Of a stretch of 64,000 nucleotides of DNA, positions 46,449-56,247 are shown one piece after another. The stretch's first letter is position 1. Every line of letters begins with the position of its first letter. A program made the translations under genes and the position numbers. This DNA is from Planctomycetota bacterium (lineage in GTDB: Bacteria; Planctomycetota; UBA8108; SXIK01): NCBI GenBank assembly GCA_965223265.1, contig OZ244999.1, positions 3,936,001 to 4,000,000 of the forward strand, written 5' to 3'. Under the pieces are notes generated by a model, which was not told the DNA's origin, did no database searches, and worked only from the letters and a program-made list of their open reading frames with translations.

Positions 46449-47795
46449 ATGACGCCCGCTACGCTCGAGCAGCTCCCAGCCCCTCACTCTGTTCACAAGC
46501 TGATTCGTCAACACATGATCGGCGACGGCTTCCCGATCGTTTTCGACCTCGAGCGCTCGCACGGAGCATGGATCGTCGACGGCGAGACCGGCGACGAGTT
46601 CCTCGATTTCTACAGTTTCTTTGCGAGTCTGCCGCTCGGGTTTCATCACGAAGCATTCTACGCGCCAAAGAACCGTGAACGTCTCTTCGCAGCGGCGCTC
46701 CACAAGACGGCAAATTCAGACGCGCACAGCGCTGAGCTGGCCGCGTTCTTGGACTGCTTCGCACGCGAAGCGATGCCCACTCCCATGCGGCACCTCTTCT
46801 TCATCGAAGGCGGGGCTCTGGCAGTGGAAAACGCGCTCAAAACTGCGTTCGACTGGAAGGTTCGCCGCAATCTCGCAGCCGGCCGAGGCGAGCTCGGTCG
46901 CCAGATCGCCCACTTCCGTCAGGCTTTTCACGGCCGCAGCGGGTACACACTCTCGCTGACCAACACGGACCCCGTGAAAACGCAGCACTTTCCTAAATTC
47001 GATTGGCCGCGAATTCATAACCCGCATCTAAAGTTTCCGATCGACGCCGCGGAAGTCGAGCGCGTTTCGGCCGACGAGGATCGCGCCGTAGCCGAGCTGC
47101 GAGAGGCGTTTTCGACCCATCGCCACGACATCGCAGCGATCATCATCGAACCGATTCAGGGTGAAGGCGGCGACCACCACTTTCGAGCCGAGTTCTTCGC
47201 CAAGCTGCGTCAGATCGCGGACGAGGAGGAGGCGCTTCTCATCTTTGACGAAGTCCAAAGCGGCTTCGGCATCACCGGCCAGTTCTGGGCTTACCAGCAC
47301 TTTGGTGTCACGCCCGACATCCTCTGTTTTGGAAAGAAGAGCCAGGTTTGCGGCATTATGGCCGGCCCACGCGTTGACGAGGTTCCCGACAATGTCTTCG
47401 CGGTCTCGTCGCGGATCAACTCGACGTGGGGCGGCGGCCTCGTCGATATGGTGCGATGTCAGATCATCCTCGACGTCATGCGCCGTGAGCGATCGGTCGA
47501 GAACGCGGCGACAGTCGGCGACGAACTCGTCGCGGGTCTCCGCGACCTGGAGGCGGAGTTCGCGGAGCTGGTGAGCAACAGTCGCGGCCGTGGTCTCTTT
47601 TGCGCCTTCGACCTACCCGACAGCGAGACGCGCGCCAAATTTCTTGCGGAGACGACCAAACAACGATTGCTGATCCTTCCTTGCGGCGTTTCGGCGGTGC
47701 GCGTGCGCCCGCCGCTGACTTTGACGAGCGAGGAGGCCGTGATAGGACTCCAGCGCATTCGCACGGCACTGGAGACGGTCGCCGCCACTCAATGA
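46449..47795 (+). CDS. lat: L-lysine 6-transaminase (class III aminotransferase)
   Basis: FLDFYSFFASLPLG, GGALAVENALKTAFDWK, AFHGRSGYTLSLTNT, EPIQGEGGD, DEVQSG, FGKKSQV, SRINSTWGG. GGAGG SD. Confidence 0.93.
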   Translation: MTPATLEQLPAPHSVHKLIRQHMIGDGFPIVFDLERSHGAWIVDGETGDEFLDFYSFFASLPLGFHHEAFYAPKNRERLFAAALHKTANSDAHSAELAAFLDCFAREAMPTPMRHLFFIEGGALAVENALKTAFDWKVRRNLAAGRGELGRQIAHFRQAFHGRSGYTLSLTNTDPVKTQHFPKFDWPRIHNPHLKFPIDAAEVERVSADEDRAVAELREAFSTHRHDIAAIIIEPIQGEGGDHHFRAEFFAKLRQIADEEEALLIFDEVQSGFGITGQFWAYQHFGVTPDILCFGKKSQVCGIMAGPRVDEVPDNVFAVSSRINSTWGGGLVDMVRCQIILDVMRRERSVENAATVGDELVAGLRDLEAEFAELVSNSRGRGLFCAFDLPDSETRAKFLAETTKQRLLILPCGVSAVRVRPPLTLTSEEAVIGLQRIRTALETVAATQ

Positions 47796-47855
47796 CTCTG
47801 CGCGCGCTGCGCCATGCGCAGCTCTTGCAGATGTCGCTTCCCGTCGCAGCAGAAT

Positions 47856-49025
47856 TCAGCTAAACGCAGACTCGCCGGTGATGTCGGCTCCCATGACGAG
47901 CGTATGGATGTCGTGCGTCCCTTCGTACGTCTTCACTGTCTCAAGATTCATCAGGTGGCGCCCCACTTGATATTCGAGCGTGATTCCATTCGCCCCGAGG
48001 ATGTCGCGGGCCTGCCGCGCGATGTCGAGCGCAACCGCGACGTTGTTCCTCTTCGCCATGGACACCATCTGATGCCGGTCGCGGCCCGACTCCTTGAGAC
48101 GGGAGAGACGATAGGCAAGCAGCTGCGCCTTCGTGATCTCCGTCAGCATGTCGACCAGTTTTGCTTGCACGAGCTGAAATGATGCGATGGGACGATCGAA
48201 CTGGATCCGCTCCTTCGCATAGTTTAACGCCTCCGTGTAACAAGCCACGGCGGCGCCGATGGCTCCCCAGGCGATCCCAGCTCGGGCCTGATTAAGGCAG
48301 GCGAGCGCCGACTTCAGTCCTTGCACGTTCGGCAGGCGGTCGGAGGCCGCAATGCGACAGTCGTCGAAATGCAGCTCCGATGTGATCGACGCGCACAGGC
48401 TCCACTTGCGTTTTTGCTGCGTCGTCGAGAATCCCGGCGCGCCTTTAGGGACCAGGAACCCAGCCACCTCGTCCTCGAGACGCGCCCACACGATCGCCAC
48501 ATCCGCGACCGAGCCGTTCGTGATCCACATCTTGTTGCCGCTGAGAACGTAGCTGTCGCCGTCGCGTTGAGCTCGCGTCTGCAAACCGGCGGGATTGGAG
48601 CCGAAGTCTGGTTCTGTCAGGCCAAAGCAGCCGATGGACTCCCCGCGCGCCATGGCTGGGAGCCAACGCTCCTTTTGCTCATCAGAGCCAAAGGCATGGA
48701 TCGCGTACATGGCGAGCGAGCCTTGGACGCTCACGAAACTTCGCAGCCCAGAGTCACCGCGCTCGAGTTCCTGCAACACGAGCCCGTACGCCACGGGTCC
48801 AAGTCCGGCACAGCCGTACCCGTCAAGCGAGGCGCCAAGAACTCCAAGCTGAGCTAAATCGGGAACGAGCTCACTGGGAAATCGCTCCTCCGCAAAACAA
48901 TCGCCAATCATCGGCAGGACCTTGTCGTCGACAAAATCACGCACCGATTGACGAATCAAGCGCTCCTCGTCAGAGAGAAGCTCATCGATCAACAAGTAGT
49001 CAGGAGGTTGAAACGGTGACGCCAC
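47856..49025 (-). CDS. gcdH: Glutaryl-CoA dehydrogenase-like acyl-CoA dehydrogenase
   Basis: ELERGDSGLRSFVSVQGSL, GCFGLTEPDFGSNP, KMWITNG, CLNQARAGIAWG, TYEGTHDIH. GTG start 49025 with GAGGAG SD. Confidence 0.85.
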   Translation of the reverse strand: MASPFQPPDYLLIDELLSDEERLIRQSVRDFVDDKVLPMIGDCFAEERFPSELVPDLAQLGVLGASLDGYGCAGLGPVAYGLVLQELERGDSGLRSFVSVQGSLAMYAIHAFGSDEQKERWLPAMARGESIGCFGLTEPDFGSNPAGLQTRAQRDGDSYVLSGNKMWITNGSVADVAIVWARLEDEVAGFLVPKGAPGFSTTQQKRKWSLCASITSELHFDDCRIAASDRLPNVQGLKSALACLNQARAGIAWGAIGAAVACYTEALNYAKERIQFDRPIASFQLVQAKLVDMLTEITKAQLLAYRLSRLKESGRDRHQMVSMAKRNNVAVALDIARQARDILGANGITLEYQVGRHLMNLETVKTYEGTHDIHTLVMGADITGESAFS

Positions 49026-49193
49026 GCGGCTCCTCTCGGCGGCAGGGAGTAGTCGGCTGCGACAATGGGCTACGCTCGAAGACTCCGCGATCGGTCTGTG
49101 ATGTCCGGAGGTTTCCATTTCTGGCCTCCGAGCGAGCCCCCCTAACTGAGAGACTCTCAGCTCGCGGGCGGAATCGTGAGCCGTGAGAAAAAA

Positions 49194-49268
<75 letters not shown>

Positions 49269-49316
49269 ATTCTATCAAATGAGGACCGACTGCCGTCTGG
49301 TCGCTTTTCATCTTCG

Positions 49317-49389
49317 TGAGAGCTGAAGGACTCGAACCTTCGACCCACGCCTTAAAAGGGCGTTGCTCTACCGACTGAGCTAAGCTCCC
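49317..49389 (-). tRNA. tRNA-Lys(TTT)
   Basis: GGGAGCTTAGCTCAGTCGGTAGAGCAACGCCCT-TTT-AAGGCGT..GGTTCGAGTCCTTCAGCTCTCA. CCA not encoded. Confidence 0.97.
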
Positions 49390-49404
49390 GAATCATGGTG
49401 CTAC

Positions 49405-49432
49405 ATGTTAGCTACGGCGCACGATTTGTCTA
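49405..49432 (-). promoter_or_regulatory. Sigma70 promoter of the tRNA-Lys/tRNA-Glu pair
   Basis: TAGACA-N16-TAACAT, ending 15 nt upstream of tRNA-Lys. Confidence 0.6.
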
Positions 49433-49542
49433 CAGAAAATCGCTGCCGCCGCTGGCTCGCCACACGCGTCGTGAAGAGGCCCCGGCCGAGCCGTCTGCAG
49501 CGTCACCGCGGACGCGTTCATACTCACGACGTTAGCGGCGGA

Positions 49543-50097
49543 TCAGAAGCTGGTGAGCTCGTCGGCCTTTTCTTTCAGCATCTGGTCGATCTTTTTTTCG
49601 TACGTCTTCACCAGGTCCTGCACTTCTTCCTTGAGCGCCTTGACGTCGTCTTCCGACATCGTCTTTGCGATCTCATCGGCGTTCTTGTTGGCGTCTCGGC
49701 GAATGTTCCGCACGGCGACGCGCGACTCTTCGGCGGTTTCCTTGGCGCGCTGTGCCAATTGTTTCCGCCGCTCCTGACTCAGTGGCGGCACCTGCAGCCG
49801 GATGACCTTGCCGTCGTTCGAGGGATGAATGCCGACGTCAGATTTCATGATCGACTTCTCGATCTCGCCGAGCGCGCCCGGATCGAACGGCTTGATCAGG
49901 ATCAGATCGGCCTCGGGAGCTGAGATGTTCGCAAGCTGCTTCAGTGGCGTGGGCGTCCCGTAGTAGTCGACGCGGACTCCCTCCACGAGACCAGGCGACG
50001 CGCGCCCGGTCCGCATGCTATGAAACTTGTCGCGCAACACGTCGCACGCTTTCTGCATGCGCTCGTCCGCGTCCAAAACGATGGTCTCATAGTCCAT
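49543..50097 (-). CDS. frr: Ribosome recycling factor
   Basis: RTGRASP, VDYYGTPTPL.QLA, PSNDG.VIRL.VPPLSQERR, VRNIRRD. Confidence 0.97.
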   Translation of the reverse strand: MDYETIVLDADERMQKACDVLRDKFHSMRTGRASPGLVEGVRVDYYGTPTPLKQLANISAPEADLILIKPFDPGALGEIEKSIMKSDVGIHPSNDGKVIRLQVPPLSQERRKQLAQRAKETAEESRVAVRNIRRDANKNADEIAKTMSEDDVKALKEEVQDLVKTYEKKIDQMLKEKADELTSF

Positions 50098-50101
50098 GGA
50101 T

Positions 50102-50827
50102 TTATCCGTCCCTCCCGTCACTCACCAGTGTACCTATGGTTTCACCTCGAAGCACGCGGCCAATATTTCCACGGGCGTACATGTCGAACACTCGAATCGG
50201 CAAGCGGTGCTCCTGGCACAAGCTGAAGGCCGTTCGATCCATGACCGCGAGCTCTTGGTCAAGCGCGTCGCTGTAGGTGAGCTGTTCATACAGCACCGCA
50301 TCGGATACGGCGTGGGGATCCGCCGAATAGACTCCGGCCACCTTCGTACCTTTGAGGACAACCGACGCTCCGATCTGAATCGCGCGCAACGCTGCCGTGG
50401 TGTCTGTCGTGAAGTAGGGATTGCCCGTGCCGCCGGCCAGAATGATCACTTCACCGGCACTCAAGCAGCGGATGGCGTTTACCGACGAATAAGCTTCCGT
50501 TCCTTCGCACGGCGGCAGCGCGGAAAAGATGCGCGTGGGCACCCCGCTACGGCGCAGCGCCGACGCGAGCGCCAGGGAGTTCATGACCGTCGCAAGCATT
50601 CCCATCGTGTCGGCGCTCAAGCGATCGACACCGCCCCCCTTGGATAGCTGAGCGCCCCGCAGGAGGTTTCCTCCGCCGACGATGATCGCGAGTTCAGCTT
50701 TCCCCGCCTTCAGCCCCGACTCAATCTGCGCGGCAAGTTCCCCGGCACACGACGCGTCGATGCCGGATTCTCCCTTGGGGCAGAGCGACTCACCCGACAG
50801 CTTGAGCAGGACGCGCTGCTTGACCAT
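50102..50827 (-). CDS. pyrH: UMP kinase
   Basis: RVLLKLSGE, VGGGN..RG, DTMGMLATVMN, GTGNPYFTTDT, VMDRTA. Confidence 0.98.
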   Translation of the reverse strand: MVKQRVLLKLSGESLCPKGESGIDASCAGELAAQIESGLKAGKAELAIIVGGGNLLRGAQLSKGGGVDRLSADTMGMLATVMNSLALASALRRSGVPTRIFSALPPCEGTEAYSSVNAIRCLSAGEVIILAGGTGNPYFTTDTTAALRAIQIGASVVLKGTKVAGVYSADPHAVSDAVLYEQLTYSDALDQELAVMDRTAFSLCQEHRLPIRVFDMYARGNIGRVLRGETIGTLVSDGRDG

Positions 50828-50904
50828 GAGCCGTTCTCCTCCTCAAGCCTCAGCAGCTCGTTAAAGCAGTTTCGAGCCGACGCGGCCTCTCTCCAAGCTC
50901 GCTC

Positions 50905-51843
50905 TCAAGCAGAGTCGGTAGATGCGCTCGCCTCGACCTTCGCAGCTGTTGCCTCCGGCGTCCCCGCCGCTTTTGACGCGTCGTCGACTGCCGGCGACTC
51001 CGTCGGCTTCCCTGACGCCGCGGCAGCTTGATCGGCTTCGCGTGCTGCGCGTATCTTCTCGGCAACCTGCCGCTTCTCTTCCTCTTCTTTGCGTTTCTCC
51101 GCTTCGGCGCGAGCCTCCTCCTCAAGACGGGCCTTCTCCGCCAGAGCCTGCTCCTCGTTGTACTTGTCACGCCCAGCGATAATGGCGTCGCCGAGAGTGC
51201 GCAGCACCTGCTGCACGGATCGGTAGGCGTCGTCGTTCGCCGGCACGACAATATCGATCGGCGAAGGATCACAGTCCGTGTCAACGATTCCCACCACCGG
51301 AATCCCGAGCTTCTTCGCCTCCAGGACAGCGATGTTCTCGCGCTTGACGTCGATGACCACCAAACATCCTGGCAAGGTCTTCAGATGGCGCAGACCTTCG
51401 AGGTTGCGACGGATTTTCTTGCGTTCACGTCGCAACGCGGAAACGCGCTTCTTCGAGTACTCTTCGATCGCGCCGGTTTCCTCAAGCGCTTCAAGTTCCT
51501 CAAGCCGTTTGAGTCGCGAGCGGATCGTGTGATAGTTCGTAAGGGTGCCTCCGAGCCAGCGTTCGCAAACGTAGTGCATGCCGGCGCGCTCCGCCTCGGA
51601 CTTCACGAGCGTCCTGGCTTGGCGTTTCGTCCCGACGTAGACGATCTGTTTGCCTTGACGAGCGATATTGCTCAGAAAATTCGAAGCTCGGACGAGTCCT
51701 TTGATGGTCTCCCGGATATCGATGATGTGAATCTGATTCCGCTTCCCGAAGATATACGGTGCCATCCGAGGGTGCCAGCGGCTGACCCTGTGACCGAAGT
51801 GGACACCAGCTTCGATCAGATTCTCAACTTGAACGATCGCCAA
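50905..51843 (-). CDS. rpsB: 30S ribosomal protein S2 with C-terminal charged/low-complexity extension
   Basis: LIEAGVHFGH, WHPRM, VGTKRQA, RWLGGTLTN, DTDCDP, PANDD. TTG start with AAGGAG SD. Confidence 0.98.
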   Translation of the reverse strand: MAIVQVENLIEAGVHFGHRVSRWHPRMAPYIFGKRNQIHIIDIRETIKGLVRASNFLSNIARQGKQIVYVGTKRQARTLVKSEAERAGMHYVCERWLGGTLTNYHTIRSRLKRLEELEALEETGAIEEYSKKRVSALRRERKKIRRNLEGLRHLKTLPGCLVVIDVKRENIAVLEAKKLGIPVVGIVDTDCDPSPIDIVVPANDDAYRSVQQVLRTLGDAIIAGRDKYNEEQALAEKARLEEEARAEAEKRKEEEEKRQVAEKIRAAREADQAAAASGKPTESPAVDDASKAAGTPEATAAKVEASASTDSA

Positions 51844-52020
51844 AAGAGACTCCTTTTTTCAAAAGGCTCACGCGGATCCACTGTGGTCCTTTGACCACCT
51901 GACCTCTTATCCGGCCTCGTGATTTGTCTCTTGCAAGAGACCTCGCGGGGAGGGTGAGGCCCAAGGGCCGCGAAACCAGGGTAAACGCTGTACGCTACCA
52001 CCTCGAAGTACAGGTGTCAA
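51844..52020 (-). promoter_or_regulatory. rpsB promoter and structured 5' leader (probable S2 autoregulatory element)
   Basis: TTGACA-N17-TAGCGT (52020-51992). The ~140-nt leader has hairpins GTCTCT-tgca-AGAGAC and GTGGTC-aaag-GACCAC. Confidence 0.55.
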
Positions 52021-52173
52021 CGTTGTAGGTATCCGCCTCGTTTTCAGTTCCGAAATGGCGGCCCACCTCACCCCTGCGCCCAAAAGAGCGCTCGCACTTC
52101 GACGAAAACACGCCAAAACCACGGCCGTGACACGCCCCGAGTCGAGGAGCGAGGCCTGCTCCTCTTCTCCCCT

Positions 52174-53247
52174 TCACTGAGCTGCCGGCCGGTCCCCCTG
52201 CCAGCGCTCCTTCACGAGCTCCTGATTGCTCCGAATGCGTTCCTGGATCCGCACCGCAATGTCCATGGCCTGATAACCCTGCTCACCGGTCACCTCGGGC
52301 TGACGCCCCGTCCGCACCGCGAGCAAGAAGGCCTCCAGCTCAGCCTTCAGCGGCTCCTCATTCGAGACGTTGAGCTGCTCAATGTTGAAATACTGGGTGA
52401 ACAGGGGATAGGCGCCATAGGTCTCCTCGAGCGACGCCATCTTGGAAAAATCCATCTGGTCCAGCCCATAGCCCTCTTTGAGGCTGATCCGCATTCCGGT
52501 TTTGGCGACGAAATCGAGCGAGATGTATGAGTCGGCGCAAAAGACCCGCATCTTCCGATTCTTCTGTATGGCCACTCGACTCGCCTTGACGACCGCGGTG
52601 CAGCCATTGCGGAACGTAATGCGGGCGTACGACAAATCCTCGGTCTGTGAGAGCACGCGCGCCCCCACCGCGTCGAGGTGCTCAACCGGCTGCTTGACGA
52701 TGTTGAGGACGTTGTCGATGTCGTGGATCATGAGATCGAGAATGACGCTGGTCTCGACGGATCGAAAACTGAACGGATGAATCCGGTCACACTCGATGAA
52801 GACTGGATTCTCAATGTAGGGCTCAGCCGCCAGCACGACAGGATTGAACCTCTCGATGTGTCCGACCTGGAGCGTCACTTCCGCCTGGCGGCTCAAATCC
52901 AGCAGCTTACGCGCTTCGTCCAGCGTCGAAGTCATCGGTTTTTCGACGAGGACGGACAGTCCGAACTCAACCATGCGCGAGGTGACTTCGAAGTGCGCGG
53001 GAGTTGGGGTCACCACACTTGCCGCATGCACACTCGCCAGGAGTTCGGGCGTCAGCTCGTAGAAGTACGGCACCCCAAGCTGCTCACCGACTTGCCGGGC
53101 ATGATCGGCGTCGAGGTCGACGACACCGACCAACTCAACGCCTTCCAGCTCGTTGTAGACTCTCGCGTGCTGGCGTCCTAAGTGACCAACACCGACAACC
53201 AGTACACGCACTGGCTCAAAACTCTTCGGACGCCTCACAGTTTGCAT
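52174..53247 (-). CDS. Gfo/Idh/MocA family oxidoreductase (GnnA-like, lpxA-linked)
   Basis: VGVGHLGRQHAR, LVEKP, QVGHIERFNP, DLMIHDID, ASRV. Immediately downstream of lpxA. Confidence 0.88.
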   Translation of the reverse strand: MQTVRRPKSFEPVRVLVVGVGHLGRQHARVYNELEGVELVGVVDLDADHARQVGEQLGVPYFYELTPELLASVHAASVVTPTPAHFEVTSRMVEFGLSVLVEKPMTSTLDEARKLLDLSRQAEVTLQVGHIERFNPVVLAAEPYIENPVFIECDRIHPFSFRSVETSVILDLMIHDIDNVLNIVKQPVEHLDAVGARVLSQTEDLSYARITFRNGCTAVVKASRVAIQKNRKMRVFCADSYISLDFVAKTGMRISLKEGYGLDQMDFSKMASLEETYGAYPLFTQYFNIEQLNVSNEEPLKAELEAFLLAVRTGRQPEVTGEQGYQAMDIAVRIQERIRSNQELVKERWQGDRPAAQ

Positions 53248-53280
53248 GATCGCCGCGTTTCTCGCTTCCTCGCTTCGCAA

Positions 53281-54114
53281 TCAGCCACGCTTGGTCAACT
53301 GGCGCGCGCGACCCTGGTTTCCAGCTTCGGTATTCTTCAGAAAGTGAGTGAGGTGTGCAATCGTCTCTTCGTCCGGATACAGCGACAAGAGCTGTTCGAT
53401 CGCCTGCGTACGCGGCAGAGAAGTTCTGAACAAGACGCGAAACGCCTCCTTCAGCCCTGCAGCCTCGCGCTCAGAAAACCCACCTCGCTTCAAGCCGACG
53501 CGATTGACGGACCGTACGCGGCACGGGTTGCCTTCGGCAAGAAAAAACGGCGGAACGTCCTGCGTGACGCGGGCTAACCCGCCCACAAACGCGTACCGCC
53601 CAACCGAAACGTAGTGATGAAGGGCTGCGAGTCCTCCCAAGCTGGCGTGGTGCTCGATGCGGACATGCCCGCCGAGCAAAGCGTTGTTGGCGATCGTGAC
53701 GTGGTCTTCGACAACACAGTCGTGGGCGACGTGACAACTCGCCATCAGCAGGTTGTGGCTGCCGACTCGGGTGATCCCACCACCCTGCTGCGTGCCGCCA
53801 TGAATCGTGACACACTCGCGAATTCGGTTGTGGTCGCCGATGATGACCCAACTCTCCTCGCCGAAGTACTTCTTGTCCTGGGGCTCGGCGCCGATCACGG
53901 CGCCAGGGAAGACTTCGTTGTGCTCGCCGATCACGGTGTTCGCGGCCACTGTGACGTTGTTGTGGAGACGCGTGCCGCTGCCTATGCGGCAGTTCGGTCC
54001 GACGTAGCTAAACTGGCCGAGTTCTGCGTCCTCCGCCACCTCGGACGTCGGGTGGACGTAGACGTTGTCATACCGGAGCGAAACCTCAGTAGTCTTTCGT
54101 GATGACCAGAACAT
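53281..54114 (-). CDS. lpxA: Acyl-ACP--UDP-N-acetylglucosamine O-acyltransferase
   Basis: Hexapeptide repeats, PQDKKY, IRECVTIH.GT, HVAHDC, QDVPPF, NRVGLKR. Confidence 0.96.
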   Translation of the reverse strand: MFWSSRKTTEVSLRYDNVYVHPTSEVAEDAELGQFSYVGPNCRIGSGTRLHNNVTVAANTVIGEHNEVFPGAVIGAEPQDKKYFGEESWVIIGDHNRIRECVTIHGGTQQGGGITRVGSHNLLMASCHVAHDCVVEDHVTIANNALLGGHVRIEHHASLGGLAALHHYVSVGRYAFVGGLARVTQDVPPFFLAEGNPCRVRSVNRVGLKRGGFSEREAAGLKEAFRVLFRTSLPRTQAIEQLLSLYPDEETIAHLTHFLKNTEAGNQGRARQLTKRG

Positions 54115-54285
54115 GGTCCCTCGTAGGTGTTTCAGTCGCGGCTGCCGTCAAGCGCGAGGACGCAGTGGGCAGCCTGTTGAAAAGGGCTCTGGAGCCGAAA
54201 TCCGATCTCTTCGCGACCAGATTGCCCGCGACCAACGCGAACAATCGTTGAGATTCTCGAACGGCTTCTTTTCATGTCGATCTCA

Positions 54286-55647
54286 TCATTTTTCTGCAGG
54301 CCCTTCGAAAAACACGAAACGGATCTTTGCTTCGGTGGCGACGCGGCCGTTGACGCGTGCGGAGGCGACGATCGAGGCGCCACGCCTGGAAAAACGAGTC
54401 GCAGTGGCTTCGAGGACGAGTTGATCGCCCGGAACGACCATGCGGCGAAACTTCACATCGTCAAGCGACGAAAGCAGTGCGATGTAACCGGCGGTCCCGA
54501 GTCGATGCGCCACGAAGACACCGCCCACCTGGGCCAACGCTTCGACCTGGAGGACACCCGGCATCACCGGGCGCTGCGGAAAGTGACCCTGAAAGAAGTA
54601 TTCATTCGCTGTCACATTCTTGATGCCGACGATTCTGTCTTCTCCCACCTCCAGGATCCGGTCGACGAGCAAGAACGGAAATCGATGCGGCAGGAGCTTC
54701 TGGATTGCATCAAGCTCCATGCCGCCTGTCGGCTCGGTCGCCGTCGTTGCGCCGTTTCCGGCTCGAGCGACACCTTTCGCCTCGTCCGGGCGGCCAGCTT
54801 CGATACACTGCTCTTGAATGCACTGTGCGAGCTGGACGTTCAACGCGTGCCCCGACTTCAAAGCCTGAACGTGTCCGCGGATCTGCCCTCCCATGAGGTA
54901 GAGGTCGCCGATGAGGTCGAGTACCTTATGGCGGACAAACTCGTCGGCGAAGCGCAGCTCGTTCTCGATCACGCCATCGGGACCAAGGACGATCGTGTTC
55001 TGCGTGGTCGCGCCGCGCCCGAGTCCTTCAGCGCGCAGCACTTCGACTTCCTCGCGCAGCACGAAGGTTCTCGCCGGCGCGATGTCGCGCGCGAAGGCCT
55101 CCTCATCAAGGGTCGCCTCGAAGTACTGGATCCCGACCTGCTGCGCCGACGGCAGCCCGGTCTGCCGGTAGTCGAGCGTGTAGCCGACGCGAAGGCCACC
55201 GTCGAACGGCATGGCCATGACGCTGGCTCCGTTCTGCTGCACGGCCAAAGGGGTCTTCAAGCGCCACTCGCGGCGTGGACGATCCTGCGCTACGACGCCT
55301 GCACTGCGGATCGCTTCGTAAAAGGGCAAGGCGCTGCCGTCAAGTCCGGGGAGCTCCGGTCCGTTGATGCGCACGACGACGTTGTCGACACCCGCTGCCC
55401 AGAGTGCCGCCATGAGGTGCTCGGTGGTGTGCACCTCTGCACGCCCGTCAGCCAGAGCGGTACGACGAGGCCGCTGCGCCAAATTGCTCACGGACGCTTT
55501 GACCGCAGGTTCGCCGTCGATGTCGACGCGCACGAACGAGACCCCGGTGTCAACGTCCGCGGGCACCAACTCAACGACGACTTCTTCACCCGTGTGCAGG
55601 CCGACGCCAGACAGGCGGGTCGAAGACGCTATGGTCCGTTGCTGCAC
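54286..55647 (-). CDS. lpxC-fabZ: Bifunctional LpxC deacetylase / FabZ dehydratase
   Basis: QRTI..GVGLHTG, TTEHLMAAL, LDGSA, ARTF, HKVLDLIGDL, KSGH, followed by LPHRFPFLLVDR, FFQGHFP..PVMPGVL.VEALAQ. Confidence 0.96.
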   Translation of the reverse strand: MQQRTIASSTRLSGVGLHTGEEVVVELVPADVDTGVSFVRVDIDGEPAVKASVSNLAQRPRRTALADGRAEVHTTEHLMAALWAAGVDNVVVRINGPELPGLDGSALPFYEAIRSAGVVAQDRPRREWRLKTPLAVQQNGASVMAMPFDGGLRVGYTLDYRQTGLPSAQQVGIQYFEATLDEEAFARDIAPARTFVLREEVEVLRAEGLGRGATTQNTIVLGPDGVIENELRFADEFVRHKVLDLIGDLYLMGGQIRGHVQALKSGHALNVQLAQCIQEQCIEAGRPDEAKGVARAGNGATTATEPTGGMELDAIQKLLPHRFPFLLVDRILEVGEDRIVGIKNVTANEYFFQGHFPQRPVMPGVLQVEALAQVGGVFVAHRLGTAGYIALLSSLDDVKFRRMVVPGDQLVLEATATRFSRRGASIVASARVNGRVATEAKIRFVFFEGPAEK

Positions 55648-55686
55648 GTTGACGTAAACTCCGGCAAAAGCTTCGATGGGCGGCCT

Positions 55687-56247
55687 CTAACGCTGCCTGC
55701 GGTAGGCATCGTTGAGGCGGTCGATGAGCTGCTGAGTGACATCGAACTCCGGCCGATAGTAGTGCACGATCGGCCATTGAAACTCCGGCGTGCCTGCTTC
55801 ACTCGTGGTCACGGCGACCTGCACCACCATGTCGAGATCATTGGCTTCAGCGAACACCTTAATCTCGGCGTCGATCTCCTCACGCATGGCGCGCATGATG
55901 TCGAGTTTCTCCTTGTTCATCTCGGAGAACTTTTTGTTCTGCAGCGCCTTCAGATCGATCTTCCCCTTTTGCGTTCTGGTGATGAGCTCCGCTCGCTGCG
56001 GCCCCGCGGGGACCAGCTCGGCCTCATTCTGTAGCGCTATCAGCTCACGTCTCTTGGCCTCGAGCTCTTTCATGGCAGCTTCGGACTTAACCTCGAGCTC
56101 CGCCTCTTTGTCCTTCTTCTTGAGCAGGCCATCAAACACCAGCGAAATGTCGACCACCGCTGTGCGCGGCGGCGAGAAGCGCTTCCCGGGCCCAACGACG
56201 ACGCAGACGAGAAGGCCGACGACAACGAATGCGAAGGTCCGACGCAT
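55687..56247 (-). CDS. skp: OmpH/Skp family periplasmic chaperone
   Basis: Signal/TM, TAVVDISLVF, long coiled coil, AEANDLDMVV, YYRPEFDVTQQLIDRLN. Located upstream of lpxC. Confidence 0.85.
   Translation of the reverse strand: MRRTFAFVVVGLLVCVVVGPGKRFSPPRTAVVDISLVFDGLLKKKDKEAELEVKSEAAMKELEAKRRELIALQNEAELVPAGPQRAELITRTQKGKIDLKALQNKKFSEMNKEKLDIMRAMREEIDAEIKVFAEANDLDMVVQVAVTTSEAGTPEFQWPIVHYYRPEFDVTQQLIDRLNDAYRRQR

Noticed and set aside
54274-56034. Long antisense ORFs (also 29950-31290, 34452-35660, 57122-58318)
   Set aside because: They are antisense shadows of conserved high-GC genes and carry no recognisable motifs.
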